Below, one piece after another: positions 21,601 through 31,600 of a DNA stretch of 64,000 nucleotides. The notes under the pieces were generated by a model, which was not told where the DNA came from, did not search any database, and saw only the letters and a program-made list of their open reading frames with translations. The translations under genes were made by a program, and so were the position numbers. The first letter of the stretch is position 1; every line of letters starts with the position of its first letter. The DNA comes from an uncultured Chloroflexia bacterium (lineage in GTDB: Bacteria; Chloroflexota; Limnocylindria; QHBO01): contig CAWFCQ010000003.1 in assembly GCA_963814375.1 (NCBI GenBank), positions 128,001 to 192,000 on the forward strand, given 5' to 3'.

Positions 21601-22013
21601 ATGCCGACTCGGACTCGGAACCCGAGGGTGGCATCGGCCGCGTTCAGCTCCGCCAGGCTCTCGATGATCCGCAGGCCAGACCGCACCGCGCGCTCCGCAT
21701 CATCCTCGTGGGTGACCGGTGCGCCAAAGACGGCCATGACCGCGTCGCCGATGAATTTCTCGACGGTGCCGCCGAAGTGCTCGATGTCGGCCCGCAGCCG
21801 CTCGTGGTAGGGCCGGATGCGCGCCCGCACGTCCTCCGGATCAGCGCCCTCGGACGCGGCGGTGAATCCGACGAGATCGCAGAATAGGACGGAGACGACC
21901 TTGCGCTCCTCGTGCGCGGGCGTCGCGGCCTGAGGAGCGAGAGGCGCGCCGCACCGTCCACAGAAGGTGAAGCCGTCCGGGTTCTCCCCGGCGCAGCTCG
22001 GGCACTGCACCAC
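18630..22013 (-). CDS. Zinc ribbon + class III adenylate/guanylate cyclase + AAA (STAND) ATPase + TPR-like helical repeats
   Basis: CPSC/CGRC; LFCDLVGFT, EKFIGDAV, GDVVNTASR; GEPGAGKSRL; FEDLHWAD; GGNPLY. Confidence 0.92.
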   Translation of the reverse strand: MVQCPSCAGENPDGFTFCGRCGAPLAPQAATPAHEERKVVSVLFCDLVGFTAASEGADPEDVRARIRPYHERLRADIEHFGGTVEKFIGDAVMAVFGAPVTHEDDAERAVRSGLRIIESLAELNAADATLGFRVRVGINTGEALVTLGARPDLGEGFVAGDVVNTASRIQGAAPIDGVAVSEETQRQTERVFVYEPLPPVELKGKAEPVELFRAVEARARFGTDLIRTHDSPFVGRVAERAMLTSLFDRCARDSRTQLVTLVGEPGAGKSRLCAELFAHIDELPDLITWRQGRCLPYGDGITFWALGEIVKAQAGIFETDSPDVAAEKLEASLPEVEQRAFLRARLLPLLGIDSGVATTREESFSAWQTFLESMASDAPAVLVFEDLHWADSALLEFIAHLAEWAEGVPLLVVCTTRPELFEANPDWTSGIRNAHTINLAPLTTGETNELVIALLERSSSADDVRQTIVDRAGGNPLYAEEFVRLIADSRIGVGWEFPDNVQALIAARLDTLPPVRKSLLQDAAVIGKVFWAGALAEMAGRPSADVQQDLHELSRKELVRPSRLSTMEGEAEYAFWHGLVRDVAYQQIPRAERARRHEAAAGWIEARAAGRVEDMAELLAHHALAALELARGAGDASATERLTDASRRYLRMAGERAMGLDASQAEARLTRALELTPEGHWDRPELLIRWAEAAFQEMRLREAADALGAAKAALRAAGRYDLLAEALILETEVSRSIGGGSPLDLAAEAVALLAEGHDPRLRVQALSELSRCQWLTGSQQTAIETADQAIALADAAGLDPPLKAHGYRGLARAESGERDGIDEADRAVDALIAGGAGRLAANMMNNLALLRWVIYGPALTLDALDDGIAFARKRNMSALAELIRSNSAEILVDRGRLDEGISIWREHADASLQLGDMFDLVDASTCIGHFLAERGELGEAVERATTAASHIDEVESLDLEILQGRLALVWLRSGDPERARRTLNAVSDVPFARQSLFYCLALPIAVRTALALDDVELAARLIDGITPTYDMHVAAATSARAAVTEITDGSRAALPMYVDASERMRALGYVRELAYSLLGLGRCLVDLGEPEARAVLTEARDLFASFGFHSRVEEAESHLVQTAGASG

Positions 22014-22045
22014 GGGCGGAGTCTACGGTGGCCCGGGTGGCGTGC

Positions 22046-23049
22046 CTACCCCTCGAGCGGCTTGCGCCAGGTGCCGAACGTCTTCTCGGGCACGAACCCG
22101 AGGGACCGATACAGATCGGTCGCGCCGGTCAGGCTGGTGGCGTCGACGCCGAGGCCGGCCGAGGTGTAGCCGTCCTCGCGTGCGGCAACGAGGGAGGCCG
22201 ACAGCAGCGCGCGGGCGAGACCCCGACGGCGCCAGGCCCGGCGCACCGAGACCCCGGCTACATAGACGCGCGAGCGGCCGTACAGCGTGTTCTCCTCGGT
22301 CGGGACGGTCGTCATGATCACGCCGGCGATCTGGTCGCCGTCCCAGCCGATGCGCCAGTAGCGCGGATCGACGTTCTGCGGATCGGCCTGGAAGCGCTTC
22401 CAGTCCTCGTCGGTCGGCGGGCTGTGGCCCCACTCGTCGCGGAACGCCTCGTTCGCGGCGTCCCACAGCGCGCGGTACTGATCGCGCGTCGTCGGTCGAA
22501 CCTCGAGACCATCCGGCATGCGGAGCCGCCTCGAGCCCTTCGAGCGTCGGGGCAACCATGTCGAACCAGTAGCGCACCGGCTCGTAGCCGTTGGCACGCA
22601 GGAGGGCGACGTTGCCGGCATCGGTCTCGACGCCCTCGGAGCCGAACCACTTCGGCGCGACGCCGTCGTGCTCGGCGGCGATCTCGCGCAGCCGTGCCTC
22701 GTTGTGGCGGAGCAGTGCCGAGGCGATGCCCCGACGCCGCCAGTCGGGATGCACGAAGCCGAACAGCTCGTACGAGCGCCCGCCCTCCAACAGCTCCTGC
22801 CAGAAGACGCGAGCGTAGGCAACGAGCGTGCCGTCCACCTCCGCCAGGATGATGTCGCGCTCCGGGTCGCAGTTCACCAACGTGGCGTAGCTGCGCCGCA
22901 TGTCGTCGAGCGTCTGGACCTCCTCGAGGCCGTCCGCCTGCGTGGACCGCCATCCAGACCGCGAGCATGCCGGCGAGGTCCTCGTCGCCACGGAAGCGGC
23001 GGAACCGCAGGCCCGGAATGGCCGGCGCGGCTGCCAGTGCGACGGTCAT
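22046..23049 (-). CDS. Tandem-domain GNAT acetyltransferase 3; frameshifts near 22940 and 22525
   Basis: VHPDWRRRGIASALL and VRRAWRRRGLARALL spread over three frames; ends WRKPLEG. Confidence 0.8.
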
Positions 23050-24038
23050 GAGGACGCTTCCTCCATCGGCTTGCGCCAGGCGTTGAACCGATCGGCGACG
23101 GCGAAGCCCGCCGCCTCGTACAGGCCGAAGGCGCCCTGGTTGTTGTCGCCGTCGACGCCCAGCGCGGCGCTCGTCATGCCGCGCTCGCGCAGCAGGAGCA
23201 GGGATCGGGCGATCAGGGCGCGAGCCAGCCCACGCCGCCGCCAGGCGCGTCGCGTGAAGACCGAGTCGAGCCAGCCGCGCTGGATGCCGAGCGCCTCGTT
23301 CTCGGCGGGGTAGATGGCGTTGACCACGCCGCCGGCAATCTCGTCACCGTCGAAGGCGATCAGCCACAGCGACGGATCCGCCTCGGGCGCCTCCAGGAAT
23401 CGGCGCATGGCGGCCTCCGACTCGTCGGACCCGCCCCAGTGATCGCGGAAGGACTCGCGGTTCGCACGCCACAGCTGCTGGTGGAGATCGGGCGTGATCG
23501 GCCGCAGCTCGAGGCCGTCGGGCAGCGGCAGCTCCTCGATGGCGTCGAGATCGGGCCGGACCATGTCGAAGAACCAGCGCACCACCTCGTAGCCGCTTCG
23601 CTCCAGCAGGAAGGCGCCCGATCGCTCCTCGCCGGCGAACGAGCTGAACGCTCGCTGGCGGTCGGTCTCGTGGGTGGCGGCCAGCTCTCGCGCGCGGCGC
23701 TCGTTGTCAGCCAGCAGCGCCGAACCGATGCCCCGACGTCGATGGGCGGGATCGACGGCGCCCCACAGGCGGTGCTCGCGTCGCTGCCCGTCGCGCGTGT
23801 CGATCCAGTCCTGGCCTGCGAACCCCACCGGCTCCCCGTCGAGCTCGGCGATGACGAAGTCGCGCGCCGCGTCGAACTGCTCGGATGGATGCTCGAGGTG
23901 GGCGCGCTCGCCCTCCTCGGTGGTGCGCTCGTCGATGTCGTCGGCGGCGTTCTCCGCGTTCACGATGCGGGCGATCGCCTCGACGTCTGTGGCGATGTCG
24001 AATGGCCGGATCCGGAGCCCGGCGGGTGCGGAGATCAC
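23046..24038 (-). CDS. Tandem-domain GNAT acetyltransferase 2 (intact)
   Basis: GTG start with GGAGGAG SD; VDPAHRRRGIG, TRRAWRRRGLA and LGVDGDN motifs. Confidence 0.9.
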   Translation of the reverse strand: MISAPAGLRIRPFDIATDVEAIARIVNAENAADDIDERTTEEGERAHLEHPSEQFDAARDFVIAELDGEPVGFAGQDWIDTRDGQRREHRLWGAVDPAHRRRGIGSALLADNERRARELAATHETDRQRAFSSFAGEERSGAFLLERSGYEVVRWFFDMVRPDLDAIEELPLPDGLELRPITPDLHQQLWRANRESFRDHWGGSDESEAAMRRFLEAPEADPSLWLIAFDGDEIAGGVVNAIYPAENEALGIQRGWLDSVFTRRAWRRRGLARALIARSLLLLRERGMTSAALGVDGDNNQGAFGLYEAAGFAVADRFNAWRKPMEEASS

Positions 24039-25067
24039 GAGCGCTCCTCCATCGGCTTGCGCCAGGCGGTCGCGCGCTCGGTCACGGCGAACCCGAACTT
24101 CTCGTACAGCTGCAGCGCACCGCTGGGATTGTCGGCGTCGACCCCGAGCGCCGCCGCACTCCATCCCGCGCTCTGCCAGCACGTGCAGGCTGCGCGCGAT
24201 GAGGGCCGAGGCGAGCCCGCGCTTGCGCCACGCCCGGCGGGTGAAGACGCTGTCCAGCCAGCCGCGCTTGCGACCGATCGCCGCGTTCTCGTGCGGGTAG
24301 ATGGTGTTGACGACGGCCGCGGCGACCTCGTCGCCCTCCCAGGCGACGACCCACATCGACGGGTCGAACTCGGGCGAGTCCCGGTAGCGCGCGAACGCGT
24401 CCTCGGACTCGTCGCCGCCACCCCAGTGGTCGCGGAAGGCCTCGACGTCCGCGCGCCAGATGGTCAGCAGCTCGGACTCCGCGACCGGGCGCACCTCGAT
24501 CCCGTCCGGCAACGCCGTGATCTCCGGCAGGTCCCGATCGAGCCCGGGACGCTCCATGTCGAAGAACCAGCGCACCTGCGCATACCCGGAGCGCTGCGCC
24601 AGTGCGTTGGCACCGACGTTGCGCTCGTCGCACCACAGGCCGTGGACGAGCGGTCGGTCGGTCGTCCTGCGACGCCGCCAGCTCGCGCTGGATGCACGTG
24701 GTTGGCGCGCAGCAGAGTCGTCCCGATCCCACGTCGTCGGTAGGCGGGATCGACCGCGCAGCCGCTGCGGTACTCACGCAGCCCGTCGTTGGTGTCGACC
24801 CAGTCGCGGTTCGCGTGCGCCACGACGCGGCCGTCGAGCTCGGCGATGGTCACGTCACGCTCGGGGCGGAAGCTCGTCGGATGGATGCGCGTAGTGAGCC
24901 ACCCGCTCTTCCACCGTCTCGCGGTAGGTCTGGCCATCGGCCTCCCACTGCGCGTTCTGGATACGCACCATCTCGGGGATGTCGGCCTCGCCCGCGTACG
25001 GACGCAGGACGAGGCCCGGGATGTCGGCCGCCGCAGCGGCCGCATCGGTCTGCATGTCTGCCTTCAT
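24035..25067 (-). CDS. Tandem-domain GNAT acetyltransferase 1; frameshifts near 24875, 24690, 24665 and 24160
   Basis: Paralogous to the neighbouring GNAT after frame correction: VDPAYRRRGIG, RWFFDM, FRDHWG, LGVDADNP. Confidence 0.78.
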
Positions 25068-25867
25068 CAGCCCACCCTCTTGAGCTTGCCGGTGCGCTTC
25101 GCGTAGCGCTCGGCGATGCCGAAGACGTAGACCCCGAGCGGGATGAGCACGATGCCCATCACCACCAGCGGCCAGACGTCGTGCCACAGGGCGGTGACCG
25201 ACGTGCCCTTGATCAGGCCCTCGCGGATACCGTCGAGGACGTAGGTGCCCGGCGAGAACTGGGCGACGAACTGCATCCACTCCGGCAGCGTCTCGACCGA
25301 GTAGTACACCCCGCTGAAGAGCAGGATCACCGACTGGATCACGAAGACCATCTGGTCGCCCCGCTCGACGTACAGCAGCGGCAGGATGGCGGCCATCATG
25401 CCGACCCCGACGAAGCTGATCGAGCCCAGCGCCAGGAAGACGCCTGCCGTCAGGAAGTTGCCGCCGCTGAACTCCAGGTCGAAGAAGAGCAGCATCACGC
25501 CCAGGATGATCACCATCTGGATCACCGCGTAGGCCACCGCGAAGGCGGTCGAGCCGACGAGCTGCGTGTAGCGGCGCACCGGCGCCATGAAGGTGTACTC
25601 GAGCGTTCCCTCCCAGCGCTCCCAGGTGACCGTCTCGCCGATGAAGCCGAAGACGATCGAGAGGAAGTTCCAGAAGATCGTGCCGATCACGAGCACCTGG
25701 AGCAGCGCCTGGTCGTCCTGGGCCACGCCGATGAAGGCCACCGACAGGGCAGCCGCCAGCGAGTAGACGAGCCATGCGACTTCCCAGCCCCAGTAACGCT
25801 TGGTCAGGTTGAAGTTGCGCTCCACGAAGGCGAGGCTCGCCCGCAGCTCGCGCGTTGCGATCGTCAT
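25067..25867 (-). CDS. ABC-2 type transporter permease
   Basis: WERWEGTLEYTFMAP and LFSGVYYSVETLPEWMQ motifs. Confidence 0.92.
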   Translation of the reverse strand: MTIATRELRASLAFVERNFNLTKRYWGWEVAWLVYSLAAALSVAFIGVAQDDQALLQVLVIGTIFWNFLSIVFGFIGETVTWERWEGTLEYTFMAPVRRYTQLVGSTAFAVAYAVIQMVIILGVMLLFFDLEFSGGNFLTAGVFLALGSISFVGVGMMAAILPLLYVERGDQMVFVIQSVILLFSGVYYSVETLPEWMQFVAQFSPGTYVLDGIREGLIKGTSVTALWHDVWPLVVMGIVLIPLGVYVFGIAERYAKRTGKLKRVG

Positions 25868-25878
25868 CGGTTCATCCC

Positions 25879-26796
25879 TTAGTCGTCGTCGTTCTCTTCG
25901 TCCTCGTCGACATCGTCGTCGAGGCTCTTGCCGGTGAACGTCATGAACACGCTCTCCAGCGTCGGCTCCTTGCCGTAGTCACGAGCGACCATCGCCTTCA
26001 GCTCGTCCGGCGTTCCCTCCGCCACCATCCGTCCGTCGTTGATGAGCGCGATCCGGTCGCACAGCCGCTCGGCCTCGGCGAGATCGTGCGTCGTCAGCAC
26101 GATCGTCGCGTCGTGCGTGTCGCGGACCTCCTCGATGAAGGTCTGCACGTCGAGCTTCGACCGCGGATCCAGCCCGGTGGTCGGCTCGTCGAGGAGCAGC
26201 ACGGTGGGGCTCGTCAGCAGCGCCCGCGCGATCGCGACCTTCTGCTGCATGCCACGGCTCATCTGCTCGACCGGCCGGTCCAGCCGCTTCTCGCCCACGC
26301 CGAGCCGGTTCAGGATCGCGACGACCTGGACCCTCGCCTTCTTCGCATCCATCCCGTACAGCCGGGCCGCATAGGCCAGGTTCTCGTGCGGGCTGAGCTT
26401 CTTGAAGAAGGCCGCGTCCACGCTCACCCGGTTGATGAGCTGCTTGACGGCCATCTCCTCGCGCTCGACGTCGTGCCCCAGGACCTCGACCCGGCCGCCG
26501 TCCAGGGTCAGCAGCGTGCTGACCAGGCGAATGAGCGTGCTCTTGCCGGACCCGTTGGCGCCGAGGATCCCGTAGATCTCTCCACGCCGGATCGACATGC
26601 TCACGTCGTTCACGGCCACCACCGACTTCTTCTTGCGACCGACCACGAATCGCTTCGTGGCGCCGTCGAGAAGCAGCGCCGGCAGCTCGCCCGCCGGCGG
26701 AGGACCCACGCGGCGCAACGGCTCGCGCGCCGGGAGCTGCGTCGGGTCTGCGGTCGGCATCGGTGCCGTCTTCGGTTCAGTCATGACCTCGGTCAT
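25879..26796 (-). CDS. ABC transporter ATP-binding protein (DrrA-like)
   Basis: GANGSGKST, MSRGMQQK, LLLDEPTTGLD and TTHDL motifs. Confidence 0.93.
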   Translation of the reverse strand: MTEVMTEPKTAPMPTADPTQLPAREPLRRVGPPPAGELPALLLDGATKRFVVGRKKKSVVAVNDVSMSIRRGEIYGILGANGSGKSTLIRLVSTLLTLDGGRVEVLGHDVEREEMAVKQLINRVSVDAAFFKKLSPHENLAYAARLYGMDAKKARVQVVAILNRLGVGEKRLDRPVEQMSRGMQQKVAIARALLTSPTVLLLDEPTTGLDPRSKLDVQTFIEEVRDTHDATIVLTTHDLAEAERLCDRIALINDGRMVAEGTPDELKAMVARDYGKEPTLESVFMTFTGKSLDDDVDEDEENDDD

Positions 26797-26923
26797 CGTT
26801 CGTTCCGTTTCGCTTCGTTCGATTCGTTCGCTCGTCGTTCGGGCCACCAGATGGGAAGAGCCGCGACCCGTTGGCTCCGGGTCCGCGGCTCTTGCTTTCG
26901 CCCCCCGTAAGCCGATACGGGGC

Positions 26924-26956
26924 AACAAAAAACCGTGGACCCGATCCGGCCCACGG
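26924..26956 (-). terminator. Intrinsic terminator within the ABC/GNAT 5' leader (attenuator)
   Basis: Minus strand CCGTGGGCC-GGATCG-GGTCCACGG followed by TTTTTTGTT. Confidence 0.8.
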
Positions 26957-26990
26957 CTCCGGTGGCTTCGGCGGCTTCACCGCCGTTGCT

Positions 26991-27077
26991 CTACCTCGAC
27001 CAGGGCACAGATCTCCCGTCGGCAGCGCTGCCGGTAGGCGCGCTCCCGTGCGTCATGAAGGCGCAGATGAGATTCAT
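26991..27077 (-). CDS. Putative 28-aa leader peptide MNLICAFMTHGSAPTGSAADGRSVPWSR
   Basis: GAGGAG SD at 27096-27091 (13 nt upstream); lies between promoter and terminator. Confidence 0.55.
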   Translation of the reverse strand: MNLICAFMTHGSAPTGSAADGRSVPWSR

Positions 27078-27157
27078 CGCCGTCAGATCGCTCCTCGTTC
27101 GTTGATGGTCGCCGGACACCGCCGGGCAGCGTCGGCTGCAGTTGGTGGTGCCGGCGG

Positions 27158-27187
27158 AGTCTACGACCGGCCCGAGACGAGTGTCAA
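27158..27187 (-). promoter_or_regulatory. Sigma70-type promoter of the ABC/GNAT operon
   Basis: Minus strand TTGACA-18 nt-TAGACT. Confidence 0.75.
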
Positions 27188-27280
27188 GGTTTCTACGTCG
27201 TTTGTCTCATACCGTGAGGCGTTGGCCCTCGGCACAAGGCCGGGTATCGTGGATGCCCATCGAGCGGGAGAGCAGAACCC

Positions 27281-28243
27281 TTGCAGGTCAACCGCGGACT
27301 CGTCTTCTGGGGCGTGGCGCTCATCAGCGCGGGGGCGGTCGCGCTCGCGATCCAGGCGGGGATCATCGACGACGAGGTGGCGCGCCGGCTGTGGCAGTAC
27401 TGGCCGGTCGTGCTCATCGTCATCGGCATCTCGATCCTGGCCGCGCGCACGGCGTTCGCGCTGGTGGCGACGCTGGTGGCGGCCGTGGTGGTCGGCGGGA
27501 TGGTCGGCACGCTGGCGGCGGGCTGGCCGGACGGCATCGGCATCGGATGCGGCGGCGAGGCGGGCCAGGTCGTAACCGAGCGCGGCTCCTTCGACGATGC
27601 TGCCGATGTCGAGCTGGACTTCAACTGCGGCGACCTGTCGGTGGCCATGGCGGAGGGCGCCGACTGGTCGGTCGAGGCGCGCCATGGCGGCGACGCGACG
27701 CCGGAGATCACCTCGAGTGGCAGCTCGCTGCGCGTGACCGCCGAGGATGTCAGCGTGTTCGGCTTCAGCGACGCGCGCCAGGAGTGGGACGTGACGCTGC
27801 CGACCGAGGCCAGCATCGCACTGTCGGTGGAGGCCAACGCGGCCTCGAGCAACCTCGACCTCGCCGGTGGCGACCTGTCGGAGCTGGGCATCGACGCCAA
27901 CGCCGGTGAGGTGAACCTCGGGCTCGCGGGCGCGTCGGTCGACGAGCTCTCGATCGACGCCAATGCCGGGTCGCTGTCGATCGATGCCGATGACGGGACC
28001 ACACTGGACGGGTCGGTCGAGATGAACGCGGGATCGCTCGAGCTGTGCGTGCCGGACGGGGTCACCCTCGCCATCACGCTGGCCGACGACAACATCACCT
28101 TCAGCCACAACCTCGACGAGAGCGGCCTCTCTCAGCAGGGCGACACGTGGTCGACGGGCGGCGACTCCGCGCCGACCATCACGCTCCGCGTCGACGGAAA
28201 CGCGGCGAGCTTCACCCTGAACCCTGAAGAGGGATGCGCATGA
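27281..28243 (+). CDS. Membrane protein with LiaF-like N-terminal TMs and extracytoplasmic repetitive beta-strand domain
   Basis: LVFWGVALI...WQYWPVVLIVIGISIL; repeats of IDANAGxLxLxL; overlaps the pspC gene. Confidence 0.7.
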   Translation: MQVNRGLVFWGVALISAGAVALAIQAGIIDDEVARRLWQYWPVVLIVIGISILAARTAFALVATLVAAVVVGGMVGTLAAGWPDGIGIGCGGEAGQVVTERGSFDDAADVELDFNCGDLSVAMAEGADWSVEARHGGDATPEITSSGSSLRVTAEDVSVFGFSDARQEWDVTLPTEASIALSVEANAASSNLDLAGGDLSELGIDANAGEVNLGLAGASVDELSIDANAGSLSIDADDGTTLDGSVEMNAGSLELCVPDGVTLAITLADDNITFSHNLDESGLSQQGDTWSTGGDSAPTITLRVDGNAASFTLNPEEGCA

Positions 28244-28689
28244 ACCGGCGCCTGTACCGATCCCGCACCGACACGATCCTCGGCGGCGTCGCCTCCGGCC
28301 TCGCGACCTACCTGAATGCCGATCCGGCACTCGTTCGAATCGGCTGGGCGATTCTCGTGCCGCTGACCGGCGGAATTGCCCTCGTCGTCTACGTCATCGC
28401 CTGGATCGTCGTCCAGGAGGAGCCGGTTGGCTCGGCGGCGAGGCCATCGGTGACCGACCCCGTCACCGGGGTGGTGGTGGAGCCGGCCGGAGGTGATTCG
28501 CTGCCGGAGCCGGTCGGCCGCGCGAGTGATGGACGCGCGGGCATCGTGGTCGGCATCGGCCTCGTGCTGCTCGGACTCTGGTTCCTGCTGCGCGACTACC
28601 TGCCCGACATCGACTGGAGCCTCGTCTGGCCGCTCGTCATCGTGGGCATAGGTGCCGCCATCCTCGTCATCTCGATGCGACGGCGGTAG
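28240..28689 (+). CDS. pspC: PspC domain protein with C-terminal TM hairpin
   Basis: RLYRSRTDTILGGVASGLATYLNADPALVR motif. Confidence 0.88.
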   Translation: MNRRLYRSRTDTILGGVASGLATYLNADPALVRIGWAILVPLTGGIALVVYVIAWIVVQEEPVGSAARPSVTDPVTGVVVEPAGGDSLPEPVGRASDGRAGIVVGIGLVLLGLWFLLRDYLPDIDWSLVWPLVIVGIGAAILVISMRRR

Positions 28690-28692
28690 GCG

Positions 28693-31600
28693 TCAGCCGC
28701 CCTCGGGCATCGGTCCGGTGGCAACCTCGGGCTCGCGTTCGCGCAGGCGCTCCCACCAGCGGCGGCCGCTAATCGCGAACCAGCCGGCGGCGACGGCGGC
28801 CATCACGCCCACCGCGGCCTTGAGCGCCCCCACTGACACGAGCTCCTCGCGTGACCCGGTCGGGGGGTCGGGAAACTGGAAGCCGAAGTTCCACGGCGGC
28901 AGCGCGCGAGCCGCGTTGATATACCAGTCCGGCATCGGCAGGGCGGAGCCCAGCGGGAAGATGGCGATCCCGACGATCACCGCCAGCGCCAGGTAGCCGA
29001 GCGCCACGTCACGCCACGCGGGGCGGCGCAGCAGCTCGTCGACGATGTAGGCGACAGCGATCATCGCGAAGATCACCGCCGTGAGGTAGTGGTAGGCGAA
29101 GGTGGCGCGCTCGATCCGGATCCACGGCACGAACTGGAAGGCGAAGGCCGCCACCACCAGCACCAGCGCCGGCGAGCGGCGCTTCCAGGCCAGCACGGTG
29201 CACGCGGCGAGCGCGGGAATGCCGGCCCAGAACAGGACGGGGTTGCCACCGTTGTAGATGACCGCCAGCAGCTCGTTGTCGAACGAGCCGGAGTAGAACC
29301 AGGTCGGCTTCAGCGCCAGCGGCCAGCTCCACCACGGCGAGGCGCTGTCGTGGCCCGCGGTCAGGTTGAAGTGGTAGCCGAACATCTGCGCGTGCAGCTC
29401 GTCGATCGACCAGCCGTAGCCGGGGCCGCCGCCGATGGCCCAGTCGTGGCCGAGCTGGAGATACGGGATGTAGGTGAGCCCGTAGACGACGAGCGGGATG
29501 ACGATCAGGCAGGCGCCCACCCACGGCCAGGCGAAGCCGCCCATCTCGGCGGGTCCATACCAGCGCGCGTCGGAGCGCGGGTCACGCAGCGAGCGCCACG
29601 CCCGCCACGCGACGAGCATTCCCGCGACGCCGATCATGATCCAGACCGGCCAGCCGACCTGGGCGCCGCGCGCGAGGAGCCCGAACAGCAGCTCCACCGC
29701 GCCGTTCGGTTCCCGCGCATCGGGCACCTGGTCGAACGCGATCACGAAGGCCAATCCAACCCCGGCGAAGACCGCGATGCTGGCCGGGATCGCGGTCAGC
29801 ACCTCGCGGCGATCGAGGCGAATCGGCCGCACCCAGGTGATCGTCAGCGCCAGCGCGGTCAGGCCGACCATGACGAGCAGGAACGGCCACGGCGCCCCCA
29901 CCCCGCCGACGACGGTCGCCAGCGCCACGAGCGCCACCAGGAACAGCCGCCCGAGGTTGGATCTCGCCAGGACGAGCACCAGGAGGCCCGCCAGGGCATA
30001 GAAGCCGACCCACTTCGTCGAGGCCGCCAGGCCGATGAGGACGCCGGTCAGCGGCAGCGCCCACCACGCGCTGCGCGCCCATCGGCCTGACCAGATCTGC
30101 CAGAAGAGCAGGTACGCGGCGACGATGAAGGTCGCCACGAAGATGTCGTTCATGCTGATCCGGCTCATGACGTAGCTCATCGGGTCGAGAGCGACGAAGG
30201 CGGCGGCCAGGATCGCGATGCGGCGGCGGCCGAACATGGTGGCGACGAGCAGGTAGACGAGCGCGACCAGCGCGACCCCGAAGAGGACGCCGGCGAGGCG
30301 CCACGCGAACGCGTTGCTGCCCGCGTCGATCGCGACGAGCGAGGCGGCGCCATCCTCGGCGGCGGTGCTGACCAGCAGGCGCCCGGCGTCGTCATCCTGC
30401 GAGGTGGTGGCGATGTCGAACGCCATGGAGAGCGGCGTGCCCGGCAGCTCGGTGGCGTCGAAGGCGGCGAGACCAATCGTCCCGTCGCCTCGCGTCTCGG
30501 CGTGCGGCTCGAGCGTCCACGTCTCGGGGACGCCCGCCGCCGTCGTGCCCGCGATGTAGGTCAGCCCGGCGACCCGCTGCTCGGCGATGAGCAGCGGCGC
30601 ACCCGGCAGCGGGACGAGGCCGAGTGTGCACGGGTCGCCGCTGCAGCGACCGTTGCTGCCGTCCGCGTCCAGGAAGGCGAGGCCGCCGATCGTGGCGGGA
30701 TGCTCGGCTGTCGCGGCCAGCGGACCGGTGAGGGCCAGCACCTCCTGTGAGTCGCCTCGATCGCGCACGAGGATCGGACCGATGAGAGGCGCCTCGACCG
30801 GTTCCGCCTCGTACTCCGGGCGCGGCTCCAGCGTGCTCGCATCGAGATACTCGACGGTGTTGCGCGCCGGGTCGGAGACGACCACCCAGTCCGGCTCCTC
30901 CTCCTCGACCCCCACGACGAGGCCGATGCCGCCGTACATGCCCTCGGCGCTCGCGAGGACCTCGTCGGTGGCCCGCTCGATGACGGCCACGCCGTCCGTC
31001 CCGCGCAGCAGGATCGGATCGCTCGCCTCGGACGGCACGAGTACCTGGTTCACGGTCTCCAGCCCGGACTCGATCGATGGACCGGCCGGCGGCGCGCGGC
31101 CGTCCGGCGACGCCAGCAGACCGGCGAGCTCATAGGTCTCGACCGTTCCGCTGTCAGCGCGGCCAACGAGGAGGCGGTAGGCCTCGGCGTCATACGCCAG
31201 CGAGGCGATCGGGCCGCCGGCGCTCCAGCTCGCGACCTCCTCGCCCGTATCGGCGTCCATCGCGGTGATCGTCGCGCCCCCAGCCGCAAGGAGGGCGATG
31301 GAGCGATCGTGGCCGACGGACGCGCGCCGGGGCGCGACGGTCAGCGCGCTCGAGGCGGATTCCAGCTCGGTGCTGCCGACGACGCGGTTCGGATCGGCGG
31401 CGACGATGCCGCCTGCGATGAGGTACTTCGCCAGCATCGGGTGGGTCCACTCGTACACGTCGCGCGTCCAGTCGTTGTTCCAGTTGGCGAGGAACTCGGC
31501 GGCCGAGCGCGCGTGGTAGACCTCGTCGAAGTGCTGGCTGCGCGGGGTGTCGAGGCGCCAGAGGCGGAAGACGAGCGCGAACACCACGAGCGCCAGCAGG

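Noticed and set aside
23046-24575. 509-aa three-domain GNAT fusion in the ORF track
   Set aside because: Artefact of the frameshift near 24160; GNAT2 has its own SD and GTG at 24038
26797-27150. T-box or metabolite riboswitch in the ABC leader
   Set aside because: No T-box UGGNACC bulge or aptamer consensus recognised by eye; an Rfam scan is still needed
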